The notes under the pieces were generated by a model, which saw nothing but the letters and a program-made list of their open reading frames with translations, was not told the DNA's origin and did not search any database. A stretch of 64,000 bases of DNA, from positions 55,120,001 through 55,184,000 of the forward strand of contig NC_087436.1 of assembly GCF_036321535.1 (NCBI RefSeq), read 5' to 3'. The stretch comes from Camelus dromedarius. Taxonomy: Eukaryota. The position numbers and the translations under genes are program-made. The number at the start of each line of letters is the position of its first letter. The stretch's first letter is position 1. Shown here in pieces: positions 24,525-38,291 of this stretch.

Positions 24525-24993
24525 TGTGCTGCTTTGCTAGGGGTGCCATAATAAAATGTCACAAACTTGGTTGACTAAAATGATAGAAATTTAATCTCTC
24601 ACAGTTCTGGAGGCTAGATAACTAAAATTAAAACATAGGTACCTTCTGAAGGATCTGAGGAATAATCCAATCCATGCCTCCCTCCTGGCTTCTGGTGGCT
24701 GCAGGCAATCTTTGGCATTCCTTGTGATATGGATATCACCAAGTACAATCTCTGCTTCTGTCACACATGTCTCCCCCTGTGTCTCTATGTATCTCAAAAA
24801 TCCCTCTCCTTTCTCTTATAAGGACACCAATCATTGGATCTAAGGCCCACCCTAAATTCAAGAAGAATCTATCTCAATCCTTAATTTAACTACATCTGCA
24901 CGTACCATATTTTCAAATAATGTCACATTCCCAGTTAGCAGGAGTTAGGGCTTGTATATTTCTCTTTGGGGGAACGCTGTCCTACTCATTATA
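24525..24993 (-). mobile_element. MLT1C-like MaLR solo LTR
   Basis: ctcacagttctggaggctaga...tcttataaggacaccaatcattggatctaaggcccaccctaa. Perfect 5-bp TSD ggcac (24520-24524 / 24994-24998). Confidence 0.9.
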
Positions 24994-25402
24994 GGCACAA
25001 TGTTGGATAGTTGCTGAGTCTAAATAAAACAAATTCTAAATATAAAGAGCTATGAAACACAAATTTTGGCATTTTAAAATCAGATTTCTTTATGATGTTA
25101 GCATTAACTACTGTTGTTTAATCAGTCTTAGTTTTCATACCAAATTTATATTTGGTTTCATCAACAAAATTTTATGGATATAAATCAGAAACCAGAAGAC
25201 AGGGGGATACACACTAATATTTTAAATGCAATTAACAGGAAAATAGCATTAAATTATGCATATTAGAATTAGAAACATAAACATTAGAGTTCTTAGAGAT
25301 ATTAATGACACAATTTGGCCATTCTTCCATTTCAATGAAAATGTGTAAAAATGTGACGGATTATATTGGTTACTGACAAAGAAGAACATTTAAAATTAAT
25401 CT

Positions 25403-25450
25403 TTTTTTAACATTTTTTATTGATTTATAATAATTTTACAGTGTTGTGTC
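25403..25450 (-). mobile_element. 48-bp camelid-type L1 3' terminus
   Basis: ttttttaacattttttattgatttataataattttacagtgttgtgtc flanked by TSD taatct (25397-25402 / 25451-25456). Confidence 0.75.
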
Positions 25451-26355
25451 TAATCTCCTTCTTCAGTTGATATTTACATTTCTTTCCTTTAAAGTTAGCC
25501 ATGTTGTTACTAAGTACTTTACAGCAAATATAGACACATTAAATTTCTAATGGGTTCAAAAAGTAATTTCAACGTCTAGACTCTTAGTTTTCTAGATATT
25601 CTAGTTAAACGTGCAAAAATTGACTCTAATAGTTTCTCTTCTTCAAGGATAAGTGATTTTACATATATTCTTAATTCTTAAGTCTTACAGAGAAAAGCAC
25701 ATGATGAAACTGATAGCAACATTTTAAAAATTGCTGAGGGAAGTTCTGTTAAAGTAGAAAACAATAATAAAAGCATTATTTCCTATAAATATAATCTTTC
25801 AGTTACAAACTTCTGCTTATAGGATGTCTATACTTGAAAGTTAGCATAAAAATGTTCAAATATATATATGTATATGCACATACCCAACTTTTGATGCTGA
25901 GGATATACATCTCTATTTATTTCAAGGTTTGTTGATACCAGCAAGACACTAGCTCAGGAAGCACTGCATTAAAGTGACTGCCAACAATATCTTCACATAA
26001 AAATGTGATGGTAATATTAAACCAAAATATTTATGGTTACCTATGGAAAGTGGATTTCTTGGTCAATAGCTTACTGTCTTCTTGACAAGTCAGCAGGCTA
26101 AACCAGGTTTTGAATAGTGATATTTATATACATTATATTGAATTCTTCACTAGATTAAGTGATTAAAGCAAAGATTATGCTACTTGGAACCAGTGTGGTT
26201 GGTTTTAGAAGTAGGGAGTTACTCCTCAGTATGAAAACATATTTCATTTTGGTATTATTTGAACTCCTTTTTTTTTCTGAGACTTTTTTATAATAAGAAA
26301 AATTCACTTAGTTATTTGGGGAATGCTTCTTACGTGCTAACTACATTCTGTGCAC

Positions 26356-26951
26356 TGAGTAGGAGGCAGCCTCTAAGATGTCCTAAAACCTCACTTCCTA
26401 GTATTTACACCATGTGACCACTTCCACTCCAGTGTGAGCTGAATCTAGTGACCCACTACCAATGAATAGAATAGGGCAGAAGAAATCCAGATGTCAGCTT
26501 TTGAGATTAGATTACAAAAGGACTGTGATTTCTGTCTTGTTCACCTTCTCTTGCCTTCTCACTTACTTACTCAGATGGAAACCACCTGCCATGCATAAAC
26601 TACCTTATGGAGAGACTCTAATGGCAAAGAATTGATCGAGACCTTCAGCCGACAATCAGTAAGGAACTGATGTCCTCAGTCCACTAATTTATGACAAACT
26701 GGATCCTGCCAACAACAGGTAAGTGAGTTTCAGAGTGGATGCTTCCTCAGATGAATCTTAAGGTAACTGTAGCCAATATGTTTATTGCCTCATTGTAAGG
26801 GACTCTAAATGGGAGTACCATTCAGATGGTTCCCTTGGAGATCCTTAGAGGGCCAAGCTGATGCACAGGAACTGTGAGATAGTAAGTACGTGTTGTTTTA
26901 AGTTGCTGAGTTTAGGGATAATTTGTTATGCAGCAATAGGTATTTAACACA
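26356..26951 (+). mobile_element. MLT1E/F-like MaLR solo LTR
   Basis: ggcagcctctaagatg...gagattagattacaaaaggactgtg...ggaactgtgagatagtaag...gataatttgttatgcagcaatagg. Confidence 0.85.
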
Positions 26952-28817
26952 CTATTTTTATGTACTAGTGAGAAAATCAGAAACAGTATGTGTAAGGAGT
27001 ACAGGAAGAAAATGAGTTTAATTTGTCAATTTAGTCCTTTAAAGTTGGGGTGGGTGAGTATTTCAATTGAGGAGTGTGTGTTTATTTGCGGGCACACACC
27101 TGTGCTTTTTACACTTGATGTAAAATATATGACTGTTTTCTTGAAACGTGCCATATTTGCCTCATAATTTTATAAGCATTGAGAATGATAAATAACATTC
27201 ACAGTAGCTCTTGTTAAATAAGAGATTCTAGCACATAATAAAATCTCCATAGTCTCTCTGACATGAAATGGTTATTAATTTCAAATACACTTCAGTATTT
27301 TTGTATTCCCTCCCTGCAATGTGTTCTTTCAGTTTTAAAAAGTGAACTGCAGAGGTGAGATTACACAAACTACAAATGAGGCAAAAGAAAGATTGTAGCT
27401 GGGTAAGCAACTTAAAAAACAACCTGCTGTGTAATTTATTTGGATTCTGACATTGAGTTGAATAAAATCAATTATTTGAGAAAAATTATTTGATATAAAT
27501 TATTTCTCATGCCTTGTCTTATTTTTACAAATAGAAATATAGCATTCATTATGTCACATTCATCAAGCATATACCTGTTTTAGAAACAAGAATCAGCATC
27601 AGTCAGGCACTACATTTCTTTTATAAATTGACAGTTTAACATATATAGTTGGAATGAATTTAAAAGATGTAGAGAAGTATGTCAGAGTGATTAGCTTCCT
27701 CTAATATGTTTTTAGAAAAGCTTCAGTCAGAAAAACTAGCTTCACTTTGTCCATTAGGGATAGGGGAAGCTTGGGGAAGCTATCTGTTTAGAATTTTTAG
27801 CCAAGGCCAATGATAAATATTTTCTTCCTTTACAGTCAGGCAAACTTGTGAGTATATACACATCCATACGTCTGTTGTTGCTTGGTCTGGAAGGACATAC
27901 ATAAAACAGTGAAGACATTTCCTTTTTCTAATTCAAATATGATGTCTTGTGGGAAATTGCATTTAGCATGCAGAGTTAGACATTCCTTTGTTGATATTTA
28001 TAGCATGTATTATAATTCTTATTTTGTTCCTTATCCAAAAAAGAAAATAGAGTACGGGAAATATTTGATTCTGTATCCAAAATACGTGGCCCAGTCTCAA
28101 CACAGTAAGAGTTAATTATGTTTTTCTGGAACAATTGTCTCATCACACTGTTTCTTTGTGCTTTGTAGTGTATTAATACAAAAACATTAAAGATTTGCTC
28201 TAGTGATAGATTTATTAGCTGTTTTTTAAGGAAAAATACCACAAATATATGAGAAAGTGTCCTATTTACTTTGTATTTCTTGGAATGGGGTATGTGAAGT
28301 GGTGTATATAGTGTCAAATGCATCCTCATTCTTGTTCTGATCTAGAATCTGTACCTAATTTCAGCAAAGAAACATGGCTTAATTCCCTGAGGACTTAACT
28401 CCACATTTTGTTGACTGTTCTATTAGAGAATTCTATTCTCCCCTAAATAAAAGCAAATATATAACAACAGAAAAACAAGTTAATTTACCAGAAAGATTCA
28501 CATATTCTTACCCTTTCCTTAATAACTTGATACAGCTCTTCCGTTAAATTAATAAAAATCTGTACAAATTTTAAAAAATGGACTTCTATGTATTTTAAGG
28601 ATTATTGCCTTCAATTTATATTCCTATGTAATTATGTTTTCCTTATGGTTAGGTATTAAGTGGAAGGAAAAAGGAAATAGAAGAAAAAAATCTTATATCC
28701 ATCACCCATATATTTGTGGGTCAATTTATCTGAACTTCTTAATACAATAATGCTTCCTTCACTAAACTAATAGAGAGATTATAAGACCTATGAAGTATTA
28801 TCTTTATTACTTTATTT

Positions 28818-28919
28818 TTGTTTTATATTAGTTTTTTTAATGGAGGTACTAAGGAATTGAACCCAGGACCTTGTGCACACTAAGTATGTGCTTTAACACT
28901 GAACTATACCCTCCCCCCC
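28818..28919 (-). mobile_element. tRNA-derived camelid SINE (vic-1 type)
   Basis: Reverse complement gggagggtatagttcagtgttaaagcacatacttagtgtgcacaaggtcctgggttcaattccttagtacctcca plus A-rich tail, with A-box and B-box (ggttcaattcc). TSD actttattt (28809-28817 / 28920-28928). Confidence 0.88.
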
Positions 28920-30102
28920 ACTTTATTTCTTTAAATAATTTATTTTATTCAAGTTGTTGCCCAACATATTAATTTGTTTAGCTACAAATATGCTCCATAG
29001 GAAACTGAATCCTAAATTGCTATCTTAACTAGTATATCAAAGATTCTATCTTCAACAATCAAATCCATTTAAAAATGATGAACATTAGTACACCAATTGT
29101 GATTTTTAAATGATAATACATAATATATTGTTAAAATGACTCTAAAAGAGGGATCCTATATAGTTTTGAATTATGTTAAAGTCTTAATTGTATAGACATC
29201 CAAGTTGACGCTTTTGAAATGAATGTTTGGATTTATAAATTCCAGTGTATTTCTTAAAAACCATTTACATTACTACATATATAATCCTACCACATTTTGT
29301 GTTTTGTATTCATACTACTTAAATCCATTTTAAAAAGAATGATACTCATTTTGGCATAATTTCTGGAATCCCTTGGTACTGTTTTCTCTTAATTTTATTT
29401 GAATACCACCATGATTGAACTAATTCTCAATGTCCTTAACTAAATCTGTGCTTCTGTATGGAATAGCTTTTGTTAATGGATAAAACAAATTATTAGAAAA
29501 GTCATCAAAATAAAAATTAGTTGGTATCTTAAAAATTGCCCCCAAAATGTGAAACTGCATTAAAGAATGACCCTTACTTTGCCAACTGGGTAGATTAATT
29601 GCATAGGAATATATATACTTAAACTTACTGGAAAATTGAGCAGGTCAAAAATATTTAAATAACCAATGTTTAAATAATGTTAACAATTGATACTAGCCAA
29701 TATTACTGATAAAAAGGTGACTCTTGTTGTGTAGTTTTTTTCTGTATGTGAAGAAAGGACGTAATTGGTATTGATTAGCACTGTCTGTATGGATTGACTA
29801 TAATTACACTGTCTGTCCCAGAATAATCCCCTTATTCTAATTGAGAGAGTTAACCAATGTAATATGTAATATTTAGATAAAACAACACAGCAATATGATG
29901 ACTGTTGATGGAATATAATTTTCCTGGTAGGTTCTCATTTGTTCTTACTTGACTCTATCCCTTTAAATGATATATTGTTCTTTCTGGTTATTGCTTTCAA
30001 TAGCTATCATGGGGTGGGGAAGGGAAGAGGACATTTTGGTTTTCTTTATAAACAATCTTCAATAAAAGAGGGACCAGACAGATATTTAGGATTTTCATGT
30101 TT

Positions 30103-30270
30103 TCGAGAACTGCTTCTCAAATGTTAATCTGTATAAAATCACATGGGGAACTTATTAAAATGAAATTCTCATTCAGCAATTTTGGAATGGGATCTGTGAT
30201 CCTACATTTTTAATTAATTCCCAGTTACAGTGTATGCTGCTGGTTGATAAGTATTTTTTTAAAGAACAAG
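30103..30270. mobile_element. MER5-type hAT-Charlie MITE
   Basis: gcttctcaaatgttaatctgtataaaatcacatggggaacttattaaaatg...catttttaattaattcccag...tgctgctggt. Confidence 0.7.
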
Positions 30271-31467
30271 AACACACTCTGCCTCCTCTTTTAGGGTTTA
30301 CTAGTATGAATATGTATCTATTAGACTCTGGCTAGTAAGTTTACATAACCATATGAAACTATATACTGTCCTCAGCAGCAGTATCAAGATACTATTTATG
30401 GTTTTTACTTTCTTTCACAGAATCATTTCTTTCCTTCTTTTTTTATCCCATTGGCTAGTGAAAATTCTGTCCTTTGAATCCTAAACTGCCCTTAGATGTT
30501 TTTCATTTTTGCTTCCCTTTAGATTTGGACATAGAATATATCTGGATTTGGACATAGGGTAAAGATTCAGTGGTGATTATAGGTCACACTGGATATTACA
30601 TTTTACACTTGGGAAACAGGAGTGTGTTTGTAATCCAAGAATAACATAATGAGATCTCTCTGTTTTCTAGCAAGTTGTCTGTCCATCTCCATCCCAAGAC
30701 ATTCATGGCAGCTATGAACTCTGTGTGTATTAACTTTAAGTGGGAATTTCCATTCATTTAAGAATCTGAAGTCTTATGCTATGATTATAAAATTCAGATG
30801 CTCATCTGAAAATCAAACTTAAAGAGTGAAGCTTGCCACACTAATCCTGGCAATGTTTATTCCCTAATGCTGGCATGCTCAGTTTCTAGTAGGGCATGCT
30901 TGGAAAATATTTAGAATCTAACACCGCCATTTAGACCAAGCTTTGCTCACTATAAACCAGAGTCTGAATAAAAGTGATGAAACCACATGGCAATACTAAG
31001 TCACAAGAAGTTTACACAAATGATCCAGAAATTTTTATTATTTTTAGATTATAAAATAATAACATAATGAAATATGATAGAGAACATAGACACTCATATT
31101 CACATACTAATTTCCAACTAGTATTGAACTTCGAAATACGAATTTGGAAAGTAATATTCACAAAGTAAGATTTTAGGTTCTTGAATAAGAATTTCTCAAA
31201 CAGAATTTTGTGGAGCTGTCAAATATATTCTCAGTATCTAGTTTTATTCAAGTTGGAAAAACTCTCCCACTCTTTAGTCACTTATATATTGCCCAGACTT
31301 TCTTAATTCCTGAGATAATTAGACTTTGTCTTCAATGAGGTTACAATATTACACTCCTTCAGACTTCACAGTAAAGACAAGGTAAATTTAGCTGAATCTT
31401 TCCCGTAACAATTTTATTGTTTTCTGATTGACTCACTCACACTAAGGTGAAGGCAAAGGGATACAGA

Positions 31468-31590
31468 CCAGGGCTTGACAAGCTTTTTAAAAAAGTAAAG
31501 AAAAAAAAAAAAGAAAAAATTAGTTTGGAGGCAATCCAGAGATGTTAGAGGGATGGAATTGGTCTGTGGATGTCATTTGCTGACCCTTGA
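31468..31590. mobile_element. MER58-like hAT MITE remnant
   Basis: Ends cagggcttgacaagcttttt ... tttgctgacccttg resemble MER58 termini. Confidence 0.4.
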
Positions 31591-31754
31591 TGCAGACAGT
31601 GCATTTAGAGGATCAATATTTGGATGACTGATGACAAATGTATATTGAAAATAGTGCTGGATTTCAAAGGTCAAATGGTGGGGGTGAGGGTGTAGTGCAT
31701 AGTAGGACTAAATATTTCTGGAAATACAAGGAAAAGGAATTAGACAAAAAGACT

Positions 31755-32260
31755 TTTGTTTGATCAGGGAGGACGTTGAGTCATTATTTTGAATGTTATT
31801 TAGAAACCTTTTAGGTTTGTTTTGATGAAGTGTCAGCGCCTGATGGGAACACTGCAGCAGGAAATCAATCTAATGGTGATGTGCAGGATGAGATGGTTTT
31901 ACTAAAGGCTAGAAACTATTAGAAGACTAGTACAATTATCCAAGCATGAGAAATTGATCTGGAAAAGTGGCAGTAATATTATAAAGGGAGAGCTAATAAA
32001 GAGGTTACAAGTGTGAAAATAATTACTCTGGAGTCTGAGCTAATGAGATACCATAAGTTAGAGTGGGGGAAAATAAATTCAGACATATTTCTGAGGGTTT
32101 GAAAAAAAAGAAAGAATGATGGTACCTTTGATACTGACAATGAAACCTGGAGGGATGAACAATTTGAAAGGAAAGATTGTGATTTTAGTTAGACATACCT
32201 TACTTAATAAGCCTAGGACTTCTAAATGAAAATGTCCAGCCACCAGTTAAATATAACAAA
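31755..32260 (-). mobile_element. L2 internal fragment
   Basis: aaactattagaagactagtacaattatccaagcatgagaa...gattttagttagacatacc, purine-rich antisense L2 pattern. Confidence 0.55.
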
Positions 32261-34085
32261 GCCAGTTTATCAAGCAGAAAGGAAAAAGAAAAACTTTTGA
32301 GAGAAGCTGGAGGAGTAATTAGACCTGTAGAAGTACTAACACATGATAGTATCTCTAAGATTGGGAAGAAATTTGAAGGAGGCAGAGGTGGACCATTGTG
32401 TAAAATTTATTCCTTATAAAGCTATGTTTTTGGCCTCAGGCTTACAATTCCATTTTGAAGGTGTAAATAGCCATATTCTCACCCTTTGGGAATGTTCAAT
32501 TTCTATTCAAATGTAAGTGCTTGCTGTGTGAGTGACTGCATCTCACTGTTTGCTAGTGTGAAGCCAAGTCACAACAGAAGGTTAACAAAAGATTTTTCTG
32601 GTAGGTTTATTTTCCTCCTACATGAAATCTAAGCTTCATAAACTGAGCATTGTAATCTCAAGAATTTTGCTTCAGGCTGATCTCTTCTATGGGCTGTGGA
32701 GATGTGTGCATGAGCCAATTTGCACCCCTTCACAACACTTTCATTCATCTAAAATTACAATACCGTCCTTCTGTGATTTTTATGCACCCAGAGGAGTTAA
32801 GCTCATCATGACTATTATGACAGTAAAGCTCTTATAAGAAGTTGCTATGTTGGAAGTTTTCCCAAGTGATTCATTCTGATTTTCAAGCTCTACCTCCAAG
32901 TATATTATTTCCCATTTCCGTTTGTAAGATACTTAACATGTATTGTAACTGATGTTTTAAAATATTTATTTAAGAGGATTTTAGTAAGACTCATATCGTT
33001 TATAGGAAACAAACTGTACTGTATTTTGGCCAACATATTTTCTGTGTTCACAAATTGTACACGTGAAGGCAGGAGTTTAGAACTACATGGTTATCCCAAA
33101 TGAGGTTATGTTAAGGGCTTTTATTTCCTGATTAACGCAAGCTAAATGTCTGTTGAACACATCCTCTAATCAGAACGTATCTGTCTTTCACATATTTCAT
33201 CTTAAACACAGATCACTGAAGTACCCACACTTAATCATTCAGAACAATTCAGAACACAGGATATTTAATGTACTGGGGAGTTATTTGTATACAGACTAGA
33301 TATCCTTTTTTGATTATTTTAATTGCTTTGATTTTAGAGAACAAAACATTAAAATTTCAAAGATGTTTTATTAAAATGTAATTCAAACTTCTATAAGATA
33401 AAAATGCTAAGTAAAACAGATGATAAACTGTTTTCATTTGACAGCTGGTTATATCAATTATCCTTGTCAGCTGGGAATGAATTAATCCTTCAGCTGTGCT
33501 TAGGAGTAGTGGTGAGCAAGGGAAGGCTGCACCTGTTTCCCCACTACAAACTTCATTTTATGGAGCTAACTACTCTTAGCTTATGACCTCATACCTTTTC
33601 CTCACTGTACCCACTTGCGTCTGTGAGAAATGCTATCTTCAGAAAAGAAACAGTGTCTGAGGGGATAGTATGTTCATAAGAAGACCTATTATTAAGAGCA
33701 GAATTACCTATACAAATTATTACCCTGTACATTATATCACATGCTCAATAAAAAGGCAGAAGAGAAATTATTCCTAAGGCCAGACCAGAAACCTATGTTT
33801 TTGTAAGCAAGCATATCACTAAAGGGAAGGTGATTAAACAGCGATGTGTCCTGACCCCAGTAAATACGGAACCCATGTTTAGTTGAGTCTAAGCAGAGGG
33901 AATTTTTCCGACTGCTTAATTAGCACCTCTGTAGATATGATAGAGCAGAGATGTTCAGAGCAGGAAAACGGTGATCACAATGGAAAGAGTTCAGATACAC
34001 CCTTCTAGCTCAGAGAAACAATATGGAAGTGTGGTCTCGTTTTCCCTGGAATGAAAATGAGAAGACCAAGGATTCAGTAGTAAGG

Positions 34086-34621
34086 TGTCCAGAGTTTAGC
34101 TAAGCTGCTTCATGGCATTGCTGCCTTAATGGCATCTATTTTGTTTGGCCAAGCAGCCTGTGAACTGACACTAGCCCCTGACACAAACACATGCCCTAGA
34201 CAACAGCCCACAGAGTCACAAGTAAAGGTAGGTTCCTGGTTTATCCAAGGGCTCTTGTGATCAACAGTCTCTCCTGCCTCCCAGGGCCTTTACTCTCTGC
34301 ACTGCTTAGATAAGACCCCAGGGGAACTTATCAAAACCCCACTCTTTCTAATTTGAATAGATCAATCTGGCCTTATCCTGTGAGCCCCAGAGCATTTCAC
34401 TCACAGATCCTGATAAAGGCATGTGCCCCAGGTCCTACGTTTTCCTCTGCCTGCACCTTGCCTTGGCCTCCTCATGTGGCCCTTCAAGGCTTGCTGTGAA
34501 TAATAAACTCTTCTATTTCAATTCCTTTGTGGTCTTTTGTTGAACCTAGCTCAGTATCCCATAGATACCTCGGGATAGGGAGTTTGCTTAACAAATGTTA
34601 ATTTAACAAAATCACAAAACA
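34086..34621 (+). mobile_element. Probable ERVL-class solo LTR (MER74/MER54 group-like)
   Basis: Higher GC, TATA-like ctgataaaggc, aataaac poly(A) signal at ~34502 followed by U5-like ttgtggtcttttgttg, ending ..aacaaaatcacaaaaca. The 5' boundary is uncertain. Confidence 0.5.
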
Positions 34622-35074
34622 AGGAGATATCCTTTAGCAAATGTTGCTGGTTAAGGGTCATTTCAATTGCCTTAGTAAGAAAAAAACCTGAAAAAGAATA
34701 TCCTTTTATCTTTCATATCCTTTATTGTTCATTGTACATAAATATAAACACAGCTTACTATGTTATTCTCATTATTGAATATAGATTCTGTTATTTCAAA
34801 AAATCCCTTTATTTTCTTCACACTCTTGAGTTAAATAAGTCTGGGATATAATATTGTATTCAGATTGCTGGACTGAATGATCAATATTTGTTATCACATT
34901 CAAGAATGTATTCATTTTTGGCATCATACTATTGGTATTTAAATTTTAAAAAGTCTGGAAAAAATGCACACCAAAATAATAGCAATTATTTTTGCTGACT
35001 GAAGTTAAAATAATTTATTATTTTCTTTGTACAATTCAGCATTGTTTTCAACTGCTTTATTACTAGTAGAAGTA

Positions 35075-35215
35075 AGGTAGCTAAGAACTCAGCTCTGGCT
35101 TAAACTGCCAGAATTTGATTTCAGACTCTGCCATTTATTAACTGTGTGCTAAAGTTAATCTATTAATGTTAAGATTCCTCATTTGAAATGGATGAGTTAT
35201 TCTGAAGCTAAGATT
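35075..35215 (+). mobile_element. MIR SINE fragment
   Basis: ctaagaactcagctctgg...ctctgccatttattaactgtgtg...ttcctcatttgaaatgg. Confidence 0.6.
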
Positions 35216-35374
35216 TAAATATACTCAGGCATGAAAAGTTTTATAGTATTACTACTAATTCATTATTAATTAATTAATTTAACTTAATTTGCAGTGAAGG
35301 AAAAACAGAGGGATTTCTGTATTTTTTTTAAGTGTTGGAAATCCTTAGAACTAAGAATTACACTAGTGTTTTCT

Positions 35375-35682
35375 TTCTTTTTGTTAAAGTTTAAGGCATA
35401 CAACATGTTGATTTGATGCACTTATATACTGCAAAATGATTACCATCATAGCATTAACTAACACCACCATTACATTATATAAGTTTAACTCTCTTAGCAA
35501 CTTTAAAGTGTATAATGCAGTTTTATTAACTATAATCACTATGCTGAACATTAGATCCCCAGAACTTACTTGTCTCATAACTGGAAGTTTGTACTCTTTG
35601 ACCAGTGTATTTTGATTTACCCTACCCTCTCATCCCCTGGTAACCACCATTATACTCTCTGTTTCTGTGAGTTTGGCTTTAG
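35375..35682 (-). mobile_element. L1MA9-like 3'UTR fragment
   Basis: cattagatccccagaacttacttgtctcataactggaagtttgtactctttgacca...cccctggtaaccaccatt. Confidence 0.85.
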
Positions 35683-35689
35683 TATTTTA

Positions 35690-35855
35690 ACTGGACTTAT
35701 TTCACAAGATAATTTTAAGTTTTATTATAAAGCTGCAAAAATCAAAACACTATAGTATAAACTAAAAAATAGGCAGATAAATAAATGGAGTAGAGAATCC
35801 ATAAGTAGACTGACACATATTTGTACAAGTATTTTGACAAAGCTGAAAAGGCATT
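35690..35855 (+). mobile_element. Old L1 ORF2 fragment
   Basis: tattataaagctgcaaaaatcaaaacac (YYKAAKIKT)...ttttgacaaagctg. Confidence 0.65.
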
Positions 35856-37106
35856 TGGAGTTAGCATTCTGAAGTTGACTTTAAGATGCAGTCTATTTAA
35901 TTCAAAACTAGGAATGGAAGTCTGCTTTTCCTAAATTGTTTTATTTTAATCAAATACATACATATTAATGCTACTCTTTGACAATGAACACCTGTGATTG
36001 AGTATTATAGACAATCTGTAAATTAATAAATAGTAAAATACAAATCATGTACTTTTAACTCCAGATGTCTGACTTTAAAAAGATGAAAAAAAGAAAACCT
36101 GTATAGAAAAAACAATGTTAGGAAATAAAAGTATAGTGAAATGGAAAAAGAGTTACTTTACTAACTATGTGACTTTGAAGAAGTTATTTAATCTTGCTGT
36201 AAATTTTGGATATTAAAGGATAACCATGCAGAGGTAATATCAGAGTAAATACTGTCAAACTAACATGCCCACAGATGATTATAAACTCAGTAAAAATAGA
36301 CATGCACACTCACACACACTATTTCAAGGCATGGGAAATAGACTAAAGCAGGAGAAAACTGAATGGTATTTGACACAAACAGGCAAAAGCTAGCTGAGGA
36401 GATCTTGTTGTGAAGTCTACCTTGATAAAGCGTTTTCCATGTGATAGCTATAACTCAAACGGTAATCTAAGATCTTGATCTGCTTGAGGTAAGGTTAGAA
36501 GATAGTTTAGCAGTACTAGAGCAACTGGAAACTTAAGCAAGGGAAAATACCAAAAAGGATGGAGAAGCCCAAAATACTGAGAAAAAGTGTCTTCAAATCT
36601 TTGACCACAGAATTATGCAACTGTTGGGGAGACTAAGGAACCAAGTGGAAAGACACAGATGGAGTGCTGAAAACCCTGAGCAGAAATTCAGCTGCCGCCC
36701 ATTTCACGAGAAATGTAGTAGTAAGTCTGAATCCTATCAAGTTGGAGGTACTTGTAAATATCTTGGGTTTTTCATTGAAAAACCAAAAGAGACTTACATC
36801 AGGTATAAAGAGCACATCCCTGAACTAAGGGATTCACTCCAGGAATAAGGGAAAATATAAGACAGGCCAAACTTAATAAAGCACAAAAACCAAGTTCCCA
36901 TTTTACAAGGCAGTAAAACATCAATTTAATTGAGTGCCAAACAAAAATTAATACAGATGATACAGAAGATAGCAGAAGCCAGAGTCTTTACAATGTGTGA
37001 TCCATAATTACAGTATATCTTTGTATACTTGAAGAAGCAGGAAAATCTACTTCATAATGTTGGAATTAGCATATGTGGAATTCATTACTACTATCAAAGA
37101 ATAAAG

Positions 37107-37312
37107 CAGAAGTTCTCAACTGGGATGCTTTCTGACCCCCAGAGTTGACGTCTGACCACTTATGATGGTATTTTTGATTGTTACAACTGATGGGTGTGCT
37201 ATTGGCATTCAATGAGTAGAGGCCAAGGATGCTGCTAAACATCCTGTGCTGCACAAAACAGCTTCCCCAGACAAGCGATTATCTGTTTCAAATAATACTG
37301 ATTAGAAATCTG
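37107..37312 (-). mobile_element. MER20 MITE nested in L1
   Basis: gttctcaactggg...tgctattggcattcaatgagtagaggccaaggatgctgctaaacatcctgtgctgcaca. Confidence 0.85.
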
Positions 37313-37394
37313 ACTTAGAGGAATATAATGTCATGATGAATGGACATCTGTAAATTCTCAGTAGAAATATATAAACTATAAAAAATTTTAAAAA

Positions 37395-38150
37395 ATGGTA
37401 CTCAATAACTCTGTCATTAAGGAAATGAACTTTAAAAGCACAAGAAGATACCATTTTAAACTCCCTATAATGGCTATAATTTTTGAATGCCAAAAATTGT
37501 AAGTGTTGAGGATGAGGAAGAACTGTAACTCTCATGTACTGCAGATTAGAATGTAGAATGGTATAGTCATTTTGGAAAACAGTTTGTCAGTTTTTTAAAA
37601 AGTAAAGCCTAAACTCAGTATTTGACACAGAAATATGAGTCCTATGAATCTACACACAAGTGAAACCTATAAAACCTATATTATATATATGTGTGTGTGT
37701 GTGTGTGTACCCACACAAAGAATTTTATGTTCAGTTCAATAGCAACATTATTCATAAGCAAAAATTTGGAAAGATCCAAAATGTCCATCAACTGGTGAAT
37801 GAGAAAAATATAAAAAATTGACAAAATGTTGTATGTTGTAATATGGGTAAACTTCATAAATGTTGGCTTTAGTGAATGCAGCTGGATGCAAAGGATTACA
37901 TATTGTATGATGCCATTTATAAGATATGGATATAAAAGAGAAATCTTTAAAGATGGAAGCAGATTTGTTGCTGCTTGGATTTGGAGGTGGGAATGGGGAT
38001 CAACTGTACAAAGTAATCATCCTGAAATGATAGAAATGTTCTAACACTAGCTTCCCAACTTTATAAATTTATTTAAAAGCATTGAATTATATACCTACAA
38101 CTGGTGAATTTTATGCTATATGATTGTATCTTAATACAGCTGTTTTTAAA
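37395..38150 (+). mobile_element. L1MB/MC-type ORF2-end and 3'UTR nested in the older L1
   Basis: gtcattaaggaaatgaactttaaaagcacaagaagatacc...aatgtccatcaactggtgaatg...ggtgaattttatg. Confidence 0.7.
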
Positions 38151-38232
38151 AATAACAAAGTGTAAATAGAAATTACAATATCTCAAATGAAAAATTCACC
38201 AGATATGTTTAACAGCAAATTGAAGGTGGCAA

Positions 38233-38242
38233 AATAAATACA

Positions 38243-38289
<47 letters not shown>

Positions 38290-38291
38290 AT
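38233..38291. repeat. (TAAA)n microsatellite
   Basis: Near-perfect TAAA array. Confidence 0.95.

Noticed and set aside
28840..28915. tRNA gene
   Set aside because: The A-rich tail, TSD and degenerate stems identify it as a SINE.
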